From assembly GCA_963770565.1 (NCBI GenBank), contig CAVYQE010000011.1, positions 64,001 to 128,000 of the forward strand: a stretch of 64,000 nt of DNA. Direction: 5' to 3'. The stretch is from an uncultured Actinomycetota bacterium. GTDB taxonomy: Bacteria > Actinomycetota > Actinomycetes > JAFAQI01. How positions within the stretch are numbered: position 1 is the first letter of the stretch; the number at the start of each line of letters is the position of its first letter. Below, piece by piece: positions 41,494 to 49,326 of this stretch. The position numbers and the translations under genes were made by a program. Below the pieces are notes generated by a model. That model saw nothing but the letters and a program-made list of their open reading frames with translations, had not been told where the DNA came from and did no database searches.

Positions 41494-41513
41494 TAGACTG
41501 AACAGTCAGTCAA
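41494..41513. promoter_or_regulatory. TetR-type operator copy 4 (TAGACTG-AACAGT-CAGTCAA)
   Basis: Between divergent oxidase and acyl-CoA dehydrogenase genes. Confidence 0.7.
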
Positions 41514-41532
41514 GGCCATGAGGGGACCTCGC

Positions 41533-42699
41533 ATGTATGAGTTGACAGCGGCCGACCTCGACCTCCAGGCCCGGGCCAGGAGCTTCGCCGACGAGCTGAT
41601 CCCGTTCGAGGTGGAAGCCGAGATGGCCGGTGGCGAGCTGCCGCCGTCGGTGGTCGCCGCGCACCGCGCCCGGGCCCACGAGCTGGGCCTCTGCGCGACC
41701 AACATGCCGGTGGAGCTCGGTGGGCTCGGCTGCACCTCGCTCCAGCAGGTGCTGGTGCAGGAACAGATGGGCCGGGTGACCAACGCGCTCGGCTGGGTCG
41801 CCTCCACCCCGCCGTCGTGGTTTCCCGAGGTGGCGACCGAGCACCAGATCGAGCGCTGGCTGCGCCCGACCGTGTCGGGCGACCGCGAGGAGTGCTACGC
41901 GATCACCGAGGCGGGCGCCGGCTCCGACGTCGACGACATCGTGGCGACGGCGCGCCGCGACGGCGACGATTACGTCCTCGACGGCGAGAAGTGGCATGTG
42001 ACGTCGTACAACTCGGCCGACTACGCGTTCTTCCAGGCCAAGCTGGTCGGCGGGCCGAACGAAGGCGCGCACGCGATGTTCCTCGTCGACATCCCGAGCG
42101 ACGGCGTCCGCGTCGTCCGGACGCCGGCCTATACGCACACGATCAGCCACCACCACCCGATCGTCGCGTTCGAGGGGGTGCGGGTGCCGGCCGCCAACAT
42201 GGTCGGCGCAGAAGGCGACGGCATGCGCTTCGCGTACGAGTGGTTCCGGTTCGAGCGGATGATGGTCGCGGCCCGCTGCGTGGGTGCGGCCCAGCGGCTG
42301 GTCGAGGAAATGACCGCCTTCGCCACCGAGCGGGTAATCGGCGGTTCGCCGATCGTGGCCTTCGGTGCGATCCAGGCGATGCTGGCTGACAGCCTGACCG
42401 AGCTGTTCGCGGCCCGCCTGATCACTTACGAGGCCGCCCGCGGCGCCGACCAGGGGCGCGACCTCAAGGTGCAGCACGCCCAGTGCTCGATGGCGAAGCT
42501 CTATGCCTCCGAGATGGCCAACCGGGTGGCCGACCGGGCCGTGCAGGTCTTCGGCGGCCGCGGCTACATGCGCGAGAACGTCGCGGAGCGGTTCTTCCGT
42601 GAGCTGCGGGTCGAGCGGATCTGGGAGGGCACGAGCGAGATCCAGCGCGCGATCATCGCCGGCCGGATGGCGAAGGCCGGGGTCAACGGCATCGTCTGA
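41533..42699 (+). CDS. Acyl-CoA dehydrogenase
   Basis: AITEAGAGSD, GEKWHVT, AVQVFGGRGY, RIWEGTSEIQR. Confidence 0.93.
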   Translation: MYELTAADLDLQARARSFADELIPFEVEAEMAGGELPPSVVAAHRARAHELGLCATNMPVELGGLGCTSLQQVLVQEQMGRVTNALGWVASTPPSWFPEVATEHQIERWLRPTVSGDREECYAITEAGAGSDVDDIVATARRDGDDYVLDGEKWHVTSYNSADYAFFQAKLVGGPNEGAHAMFLVDIPSDGVRVVRTPAYTHTISHHHPIVAFEGVRVPAANMVGAEGDGMRFAYEWFRFERMMVAARCVGAAQRLVEEMTAFATERVIGGSPIVAFGAIQAMLADSLTELFAARLITYEAARGADQGRDLKVQHAQCSMAKLYASEMANRVADRAVQVFGGRGYMRENVAERFFRELRVERIWEGTSEIQRAIIAGRMAKAGVNGIV

Positions 42700-42727
42700 G
42701 CCGCCTGTTGCGGCTAGGGTCGCGACG

Positions 42728-43597
42728 ATGGCTGACGATGCCGCCGCGGGCCAGTGGGCGCAGCTCCCGGTCATCGGGGCCAAGCACCCGCTGATCGCGC
42801 AGTACGTCGCGATCCAGAACAACAGCAAACCCAATCCGCAGCGGCTGATCGTGCTGGCCGGATTGTGGGAGATCGAGTCCGCCCTGGACGCCGGCCTCGA
42901 GCTGGTCGCGGCGATCGTGTCGCCCGAGCTGTTCCGGGGCAACCGGGCGTCCGATCTGCTGACCCGGGCCCAGCGGGCCGGTGCACCGGTGTACGCAGTC
43001 AGCCCACGGCTGGCGGCTCGCCTGTCGGACCGGGACTCCTCCGACGGCCTGGCCGCGATCGCGATGTCGCGGCAGTGGAGCCTCGAGGACCTCACGTCGA
43101 TGGTCGCCCGGCCGCCTGAGCCTTCGCTGGTGCTCGTCCTCGACGGGCTCGAGGTCATGGGCAACGTCGGCACCGCGGTGCGTTCCGCGCAGGCCAGCGG
43201 TGCCGCTGCGGTCCTGCTGACCAACCGCCGGGTACGTTTGACTCACCCCCGGCTGATCCACGCCAGCATGGCCGCGTCGCTGACGATGCCGATGGTCGAC
43301 TGCACGGTCGAGTCGGCGGCCGGCTGGCTGCGGGCCCAGGGCTTCCAGGTGGTGCTGACCAACTCGCGGGCGGAGTCGACGTACAAGGCGCTGCGCTATG
43401 CGGACCGGGTCGCGCTGGTGCTTGGCAGCGAGCGCTACGGCATCAACCCGGAGTGGGAGCCGTACGCCGACGCGTCGGTGTCCATCCCGATGTCCGGGGG
43501 AGTCGACTCGTTGAACGTGGCGAACGCGGCCACCATCGTGCTGTTCGAGATCGCCAGCCGACAGCGCCCGGCCGAGTTCGGAATCGCTGATTCCTGA
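42728..43597 (+). CDS. TrmH/SpoU family RNA 2'-O-methyltransferase
   Basis: GNVGTAVRSA, LGSERYGI, IPMSGGVDSLNVANA SPOUT motifs. Confidence 0.9.
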   Translation: MADDAAAGQWAQLPVIGAKHPLIAQYVAIQNNSKPNPQRLIVLAGLWEIESALDAGLELVAAIVSPELFRGNRASDLLTRAQRAGAPVYAVSPRLAARLSDRDSSDGLAAIAMSRQWSLEDLTSMVARPPEPSLVLVLDGLEVMGNVGTAVRSAQASGAAAVLLTNRRVRLTHPRLIHASMAASLTMPMVDCTVESAAGWLRAQGFQVVLTNSRAESTYKALRYADRVALVLGSERYGINPEWEPYADASVSIPMSGGVDSLNVANAATIVLFEIASRQRPAEFGIADS

Positions 43598-43678
43598 ACC
43601 CGGCTTCGTTGGGAGAGAATTCGCCCGGTCTTCAGAGTGTCGCTGCCCACCGGGCCGGAAAAATGTGGGCAGAATGGC

Positions 43679-43715
43679 GTAAGGCCCCTCCAAGTATGAG
43701 TTGGAGGGGCCTTAC
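43679..43715. terminator. Strong hairpin, probable terminator
   Basis: Perfect 15-bp IR GTAAGGCCCCTCCAA-N7-TTGGAGGGGCCTTAC; no long U-tract. Confidence 0.65.
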
Positions 43716-43867
43716 TCGGCTCCGCTGCACCGGCGGCTCCGATTGCTCGGATCACCGTGCGTTGCCTTGCCGGTACCGGTTCCTTGAGACCCGCCCGATG
43801 AGCCGGTTACCCGACTTACCTTGCGTGTCGGAGTTTCCCCCGACTCGATCTCCGGCCTCCCGGTGAC
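43679..43867 (-). ncRNA. Candidate structured non-coding RNA (~190 nt), family not recognised
   Basis: Three GNRA-capped stems, long-range helices with G-U pairs on the minus strand, upstream promoter and 3' hairpin. Confidence 0.6.
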
Positions 43868-43874
43868 AAAGCAA

Positions 43875-43935
43875 TGTCTAGTGGGTGCACGCGCCGGGCA
43901 CAAGAGGTTTCTCAAAGTTTTTTCAAGATCTTTTT
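43875..43935 (-). promoter_or_regulatory. Sigma70-type promoter TTGTGC-N17-TAGACA with AT-rich UP-like tract
   Basis: -35 at 43898-43903, -10 at 43875-43880, A/T tracts to about 43935. Confidence 0.55.
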
Positions 43936-44021
43936 GCGTCCACACGATGTCCACAACGAAGCCGCCGTTATCCCCCGGAAAGATCACCTCATCCACCGCT
44001 TCATCCACCGCGTCGTCCACA
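43936..44021 (+). promoter_or_regulatory. Array of six co-oriented DnaA-box-like 9-mers
   Basis: GCGTCCACA, ATGTCCACA, TTATCCCCC, TCATCCACC x2, TCGTCCACA compared with TT(A/G)TCCACA. Confidence 0.6.
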
Positions 44022-44058
44022 GAAGCGGGTTTTTGGGCCGGATTTCGCTCTCCGCTGG

Positions 44059-44075
44059 TTGCGACAATGTCGCAG
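44059..44075. promoter_or_regulatory. Fur-family (Nur-like) operator upstream of NiCoT
   Basis: 7-1-7 palindrome TGCGACA-A-TGTCGCA about 20 bp before the NiCoT start. Confidence 0.55.
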
Positions 44076-44093
44076 TTAGGGCAGGATGAAAAC

Positions 44094-45233
44094 ATGTCCC
44101 CGCCGGCCGCGTCCACGCCGCTTCGCGGAAGGTTGGCACAGCTTCGGGCCGGGTTGACGCCGGCCGAGTGGACCCGGCTCGGCGGCATGGTCGCGGTGAT
44201 CATCGCGCTGCACGTGATCGGCTGGTTCACCCTGATCGCGGTCGTCTCGCCCCACCACTACAGCGTCGGCACCAAGACCTTCGGGATTGGGATGGGGGTG
44301 ACGGCGTACACCCTGGGGATGCGGCACGCCTTCGACGCGGACCACATCGCGGCCATCGACAACACCACCCGCAAGCTGATGGCTGACGGCAAGCGGCCGC
44401 TGTCGGTGGGGTTCTGGTTCTCCCTCGGGCACTCGACGATCGTGTTCGGGCTGGCCGGACTGCTCTCCTTCGGGGTGAAGGCGCTGGTCGGGCCGGTGCG
44501 CAACGACCAGTCGTCGCTGCACCACTACACCGGGGTGATCGGCACCAGCGTGTCCGGTACCTTTCTCTACGCGATCGCCGCGATCAACCTGGTGATCCTG
44601 GTCGGGATCGTGAAGGTCTTCCGCGACATCCGCCGCGGTGTCTACGACGAGGAAGCGCTCGAGGAGCAACTGAACAACCGCGGCCTGATGAACCGGATCC
44701 TCCGGCCGGTGATGCAGACGATCCGCCGCCCGGCCCAGATGTATCCGGTCGGGGTGCTGTTCGGGCTCGGTTTCGACACCGCGAGCGAGGTGGCGCTGCT
44801 CGTCCTGGCGTCCGCCGGGGCGGCGAGCGGCCTGCCCTGGTACGCGATCCTGTGCCTGCCGGTGCTCTTCGCCGCGGGCATGTGCCTGTTCGACACGATC
44901 GACGGCACCTTCATGAACTTCGCGTACGGCTGGGCGTTCTCCAAGCCGATCCGCAAGGTCTACTACAACCTGACCATCACGTCGCTGTCGGTGATGGTCG
45001 CGCTGGTCATCGGCACGGTCGAGCTGCTCGGCCTGCTTTCCCAGCAACTCGGCATCACAGGTCGGTTCTGGACGGACTTGCAGAACGCCGACATCAACAC
45101 CTTGGGCTTCATCATCGTCGGGATGTTTGCGGTCACCTGGATGATCGCGCTGCTGATCTGGCGGTTCGGCCGGATCGAGGAGAAGTGGAGCAGCGGCATG
45201 CGGGTTGCCGAGCTCGCGAACAGCTCGGACTGA
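44094..45233 (+). CDS. High-affinity nickel/cobalt transporter (HoxN/NixA, NiCoT)
   Basis: RHAFDADHIAAIDN signature, FSLGHS, LFGLGFDTASE. Confidence 0.95.
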   Translation: MSPPAASTPLRGRLAQLRAGLTPAEWTRLGGMVAVIIALHVIGWFTLIAVVSPHHYSVGTKTFGIGMGVTAYTLGMRHAFDADHIAAIDNTTRKLMADGKRPLSVGFWFSLGHSTIVFGLAGLLSFGVKALVGPVRNDQSSLHHYTGVIGTSVSGTFLYAIAAINLVILVGIVKVFRDIRRGVYDEEALEEQLNNRGLMNRILRPVMQTIRRPAQMYPVGVLFGLGFDTASEVALLVLASAGAASGLPWYAILCLPVLFAAGMCLFDTIDGTFMNFAYGWAFSKPIRKVYYNLTITSLSVMVALVIGTVELLGLLSQQLGITGRFWTDLQNADINTLGFIIVGMFAVTWMIALLIWRFGRIEEKWSSGMRVAELANSSD

Positions 45234-45265
45234 ACCTCGTCGTAGCCGGCTAGTACGGTCGGCCC

Positions 45266-46234
45266 GTGCGGACCTGGTTGACCCAGCGCTTCGGGCTGGT
45301 CACCCCGGTCGTGTGCGCGCCGATGTTCGGCGCTGGCGGACCCCGCCTCGCAGCCGCGGTCTCCGCGGCCGGTGGCCTCGGCATGATCGGCGCCGGCAGC
45401 GCGACCACCGCGGACTCGCTCGCCGCCGACTGCGACCGGCTTGCGGCTTCGGGCCGCCCGTACGGCGTGGGCCTGATGGCCTGGGCGCTCGACCACGATC
45501 CCGCCCCGTTTGAGGCGACCCTGGCCGCGGCACCGCCGTTGGTGTCGGTCAGCTTCGGTGCGTATCAGCGCTACGTCGCCCCGCTGCAGGCGGCGGGTGT
45601 GACGGTTGCGGTGCAGGCCGGCACGCTCGACGAGGCCAAGGCGGCGGAACAGGCCGGGGCCGACCTGATCGTGGCCCGCGGCGGCGAAGCCGGCGGGCAC
45701 GGGCGCAACGAGGTCGCGACCTTGCCGCTGCTGCAAGCGGTGCTCGACGCGGTCGAGACGCCGGTAGCGGCGGCCGGTGGCGTCGCCAACTCGCGCGGCC
45801 TGGCTGCCGTGCTCGCCGCCGGTGCGGTCGGCGGGTGGTGTGGCACGGCGTTCCTCGTCTGCGTGGAGGCGGAGACGACCCCCGCCGCGCGGGCCCGGCT
45901 GCTCGACGCGGTCGACACCGACACCGCCTACGGCCGGGTGTTCGATGTCGCGCAGCGGCTCGACTGGCCGCCTGAGTTCGGCGCCCGCGGGTTGCGCAAC
46001 CCGTTCTTCAGTCGCTGGGCCGGTCGTGAGGACGAGCTCGCCGCCGATGATGCCGCCCGGCAGGAGCTCGCCGATGGCCGAGCGGCCGCCGACTACGACA
46101 TCGCGTTCGTCTACGCCGGCCAGGGCGCCGCCCTGCTGGGCGAGCAGCGCACCGCCGCCGACGTGGTGGCCGAGTTCGCCCGGGCCGGCGAACTGCTCGC
46201 CCGGGCCGCAAGGATGGCCGAGGAGGCACCGTGA
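45266..46234 (+). CDS. Nitronate monooxygenase family flavoprotein
   Basis: CAPM, SAAGGLG, GGEAGGHG, AAGGV, GTAF, YAGQG. Confidence 0.88.
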   Translation: MRTWLTQRFGLVTPVVCAPMFGAGGPRLAAAVSAAGGLGMIGAGSATTADSLAADCDRLAASGRPYGVGLMAWALDHDPAPFEATLAAAPPLVSVSFGAYQRYVAPLQAAGVTVAVQAGTLDEAKAAEQAGADLIVARGGEAGGHGRNEVATLPLLQAVLDAVETPVAAAGGVANSRGLAAVLAAGAVGGWCGTAFLVCVEAETTPAARARLLDAVDTDTAYGRVFDVAQRLDWPPEFGARGLRNPFFSRWAGREDELAADDAARQELADGRAAADYDIAFVYAGQGAALLGEQRTAADVVAEFARAGELLARAARMAEEAP

Positions 46235-46575
46235 AAGGCGTCGACCTCGAGGACATCCGCGCGATCACGTCGACGCTGCCGCGCAGCGAGGAGCACCTGA
46301 TCCGGGAGAGCGTGAAGTTCCGGATCCGCAGCCTGGTCTATGCGGCGGTGTCGCCGGACGAGACGACGATGGGGTTCGCGTTCCCGAAGGAGGAGCGCGC
46401 CGCGCTGGTCGCGGCCGAGCCGGAGAAGTTCCTGATGCCGGTGAAGTCCGACGAGCGCTACAACTGGGTGCGGGTCCGGTTGGCGGAGATCGACGAGGTG
46501 GAGCTCCGCGAGCTCGTGGTCGAGGCCTGGCGGATGTGCGTGCCGAAGTTCATCTCCGCGATGGTTCCCGGATAG
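46231..46575 (+). CDS. MmcQ/YjbR family DNA-binding protein
   Basis: KFRI...WVRVRL...ELVVEAWRM pattern. Confidence 0.8.
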   Translation: MKGVDLEDIRAITSTLPRSEEHLIRESVKFRIRSLVYAAVSPDETTMGFAFPKEERAALVAAEPEKFLMPVKSDERYNWVRVRLAEIDEVELRELVVEAWRMCVPKFISAMVPG

Positions 46576-46588
46576 CGCCCGCGACGAC

Positions 46589-47746
46589 TCAGTACTGCAG
46601 GCCGCCGCGGCGGATCAGCTGCCGGACGATGACATTGCGCTGAATCTCGTTGGTGCCCTCGCCGACGATCATCAGCGGAGCGTCCCGGAAGTAGCGCTGG
46701 ACGTCGACATCGGACGAGTAGCCCTGCGCGCCGTGGATCCGGATCGCGGTGAGCGCTGCCTCCATACAGATCTCCGAGGCATACAGCTTCGCCATGCCGG
46801 CTTCGAGGTCGCAGCGCTCGCCCGCGCCGAGCCGCTGCGCCGCGTCGTCGATCAGCAGCCGGGCCGCGGTGATCTTGGTGGCCAGGTCGGCCAGGTAGTT
46901 GCCGATCGACTGGTGTTCCCAGATCGGGCGACCGAAGGTCTCGCGCTGCTGGGCGTAGGCGAACGAGTCGTCGAAGGCGGCCTGAGCGACTCCGAGCGCG
47001 CGTGCCGCGACCTGGATCCGGCCGAGCTCGAGGCCCTTCATCATCTGCGCAAAGCCGCTGCCTTCTTCGGCACCGAGCAACGCGTCGGCCGGGATGCGGT
47101 AGTCATCGAAGAACAGCTCGCAGGTCTCGACTCCCTTGTAGCCGAGCTTGGGCAGCGGGGCGCCGACCGTGAGACCGGGGCCTTTCTCGACCAACAGGAT
47201 GCTGATGCCGCGGTGCGCCGGCTCTGCATCGGGATCGGTCTTGCACAGCAGGGCGATCAGCCCGGCGTGCTGGGCGTTGGTGATCCACGCCTTCGTGCCG
47301 TTGACGACGTAGGAGTCGCCGTCGCGACGGGCGACGGTGCGAAGGGCCTGCAGGTCCGACCCGCCGCTCGGCTCAGTCAGCGCCATCGCGGCCCGGATCT
47401 CGCCGGTTGCGAGTCGCGGGAGGTAGCGCTGCTTCTGCGCGTCGGTGCCGAACTGCACGAGCAGCGTCGAGACGACTGCGTGGGTGCCCATCGCGCCGGC
47501 CAGGCTCATCCAGCCGCGAGCCAGCTCGGCGGTGATCCGGGCATAGCAGGGGATGGATACCAGCGCCGCGCCGTACGGCTCGGGGATGGCCAGCCCGAAG
47601 ATCCCCATCTCCTTCATCGCCTCGATCAGGGCCTGGGGGTAGACGTCGTCGCGTTCGAGGTCGTGGGCGACCGGGCGCACCTTGTCGTCGACGAACCGGC
47701 GGACGAGTTCGACGATGCTGCGTTCGTCGGCGCTCAGCTCGTTCAT
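46589..47746 (-). CDS. Acyl-CoA dehydrogenase
   Basis: ALTEPSGGSD, NGTKAWITN, KLGYKG, RIHGAQGY, GEGTNEIQR. Confidence 0.93.
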   Translation of the reverse strand: MNELSADERSIVELVRRFVDDKVRPVAHDLERDDVYPQALIEAMKEMGIFGLAIPEPYGAALVSIPCYARITAELARGWMSLAGAMGTHAVVSTLLVQFGTDAQKQRYLPRLATGEIRAAMALTEPSGGSDLQALRTVARRDGDSYVVNGTKAWITNAQHAGLIALLCKTDPDAEPAHRGISILLVEKGPGLTVGAPLPKLGYKGVETCELFFDDYRIPADALLGAEEGSGFAQMMKGLELGRIQVAARALGVAQAAFDDSFAYAQQRETFGRPIWEHQSIGNYLADLATKITAARLLIDDAAQRLGAGERCDLEAGMAKLYASEICMEAALTAIRIHGAQGYSSDVDVQRYFRDAPLMIVGEGTNEIQRNVIVRQLIRRGGLQY

Positions 47747-47833
47747 CTGCTCCCCTCACGCTGCGGCGGCTTCATCCTGCCGCAGCCCGGCGTGAGAGCC
47801 TGGGCCGGTGGTTCGGCGGCGACGAGCTCGGTG

Positions 47834-48832
47834 ATGGCCGAACTCTCGCCGGCCGACATTGACGCCGCGGCGCAGCGGTTGCGCGGCCACGCCCATCGAA
47901 CCCCGGTGCTCACGTCGGCGACGCTGGACCAGTTGGCCGGTGCCGAGGTCTCGCTCAAGTGCGAGAACTTCCAGCGGGCCGGCGCGTTCAAGTTCCGCGG
48001 CGCCTACAACGCGATCGCCTGCCTCGACCCGGCCGCGCGCGCCCGCGGGGTCGCGACCTTCTCGTCCGGCAACCACGGGCAGGCGGTCGCCCTTGCCGCC
48101 CGTGAGTTCGCAACGACCGCGACCGTGCTGATGCCGCTCGACGCGCCGGCCGGCAAGGTTGCCGCAGTCAAGGAGTACGGCGCAGCCGTCGTCACCTACG
48201 ACCGCTACACCGAGGACCGTCGTGCCCTGACCGAGCAGCTCGCGGCGGATGCGGGACTGGCGATCGTCCCGCCGTACGACCATCTCGACGTCATGGCCGG
48301 GCAGGGAACGGTCGGGCTCGAGCTGCTGGAGCAAGCCGGCGGGCTCGACGCAGTCGTGGTGCCGCTCGGCGGCGGCGGCCTGATGGCCGGTGTCGCGACC
48401 GCGGTGACCAGCCGGAGCCCGGGCACCGCGGTGATCGGGGTCGAGCCGGCCGCCGGCGACGACCACTGGCAGTCGTTGCGGGCCGGCGCCCGGGTGCGGA
48501 TCCCGGTGCCGCACACGATCGCCGACGGCCTCGCCGTCGACATGCCGGGCGAGCTGACCTTCGCGGTCAACCGCCGACTGGTCGACGAGGTGGTCCGGGT
48601 GAGCGACGCCCAAATCGTCGCGGCGATGCGCTTCCTGTTCGAGCGGATGAAGATCGTGGTCGAGCCCAGCGGCGCGGTCGGGGTGGCGGCGCTGCTCTCC
48701 GGCGCGCTCGAGCCGCCCGGCCGACGCGTCGGCGTCGTGATCTCCGGCGGCAACGTGGACGCCGTACGGTTCGCTGAACTGCTCGAACCGTTGGAATCAA
48801 ACGGGTTTGCGCATCCGGAGGTGGAGCAATGA
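47834..48832 (+). CDS. PLP-dependent serine/threonine dehydratase family (hydroxyaspartate ammonia-lyase-like)
   Basis: KCENFQRAGAFKFRGA, SSGNHGQA, GGGGL, SGGN. Confidence 0.9.
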   Translation: MAELSPADIDAAAQRLRGHAHRTPVLTSATLDQLAGAEVSLKCENFQRAGAFKFRGAYNAIACLDPAARARGVATFSSGNHGQAVALAAREFATTATVLMPLDAPAGKVAAVKEYGAAVVTYDRYTEDRRALTEQLAADAGLAIVPPYDHLDVMAGQGTVGLELLEQAGGLDAVVVPLGGGGLMAGVATAVTSRSPGTAVIGVEPAAGDDHWQSLRAGARVRIPVPHTIADGLAVDMPGELTFAVNRRLVDEVVRVSDAQIVAAMRFLFERMKIVVEPSGAVGVAALLSGALEPPGRRVGVVISGGNVDAVRFAELLEPLESNGFAHPEVEQ

Positions 48833-49326
48833 CCGAGCGGGCCGGTTGGCAGGGGCGATTCTTCGAGGACTTCGAGGTCGGTGACGTCTACCGCCATCCG
48901 ATCGGCCGGACGGTCACTGCGACCGACAACTCCTGGTTCACCCTGCTCACGCAGAACACCGCGCGGATCCACTTCGACGAGCACTACGCCAGCCAGACCG
49001 AGTTCGGCCGACCGCTGGTCAACTCGGCGTTCGCACTCGCGCTGGTGACCGGGCAGTCCGTCATCGACATCTCGCAGAACGTCTTCGCGAACCTCGGCTG
49101 GGACGAGGTCCGGCTCCCGAACCCGCTGTTCGAGGGCGAGACGGTCTACTCGGTGTCCGAGGTGCTCGCGGTCCGTCGTTCGCAGAGCCGCCCGCAGGCC
49201 GGGATCGTGACCGTGCAGACCACCGGCTACACCGCCGAGGGCAAGGTGGTGATCACCTTCAAACGCACGGTGATGGTCTATCTGCGCGGGCACGGTCCGA
49301 TCACGCCGCCACCGCCGGCCAGATGA
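48829..49326 (+). CDS. MaoC family (R)-specific enoyl-CoA hydratase
   Basis: GRFFEDFEVG, DNSWFTLLTQN...IHFD, ANLGW. Confidence 0.9.
   Translation: MTERAGWQGRFFEDFEVGDVYRHPIGRTVTATDNSWFTLLTQNTARIHFDEHYASQTEFGRPLVNSAFALALVTGQSVIDISQNVFANLGWDEVRLPNPLFEGETVYSVSEVLAVRRSQSRPQAGIVTVQTTGYTAEGKVVITFKRTVMVYLRGHGPITPPPPAR

Noticed and set aside
43905-44021. Chromosomal origin oriC
   Set aside because: No dnaA, dnaN or rpmH nearby; boxes are few and degenerate
43609-44230. ORFs 43609-43866 (+) and 43712-44230 (-), and the 91-codon N-terminal extension of NiCoT
   Set aside because: No protein motifs; the region is better explained by RNA structure, promoter and repeated boxes
46733-47833. Apparent 699-aa fusion ending in the dehydratase; similar extensions at 28734, 37352, 51365, 52168, 55368 and 58988
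   Set aside because: Upstream parts overlap other real genes; internal starts with an RBS or stop/start overlap explain them
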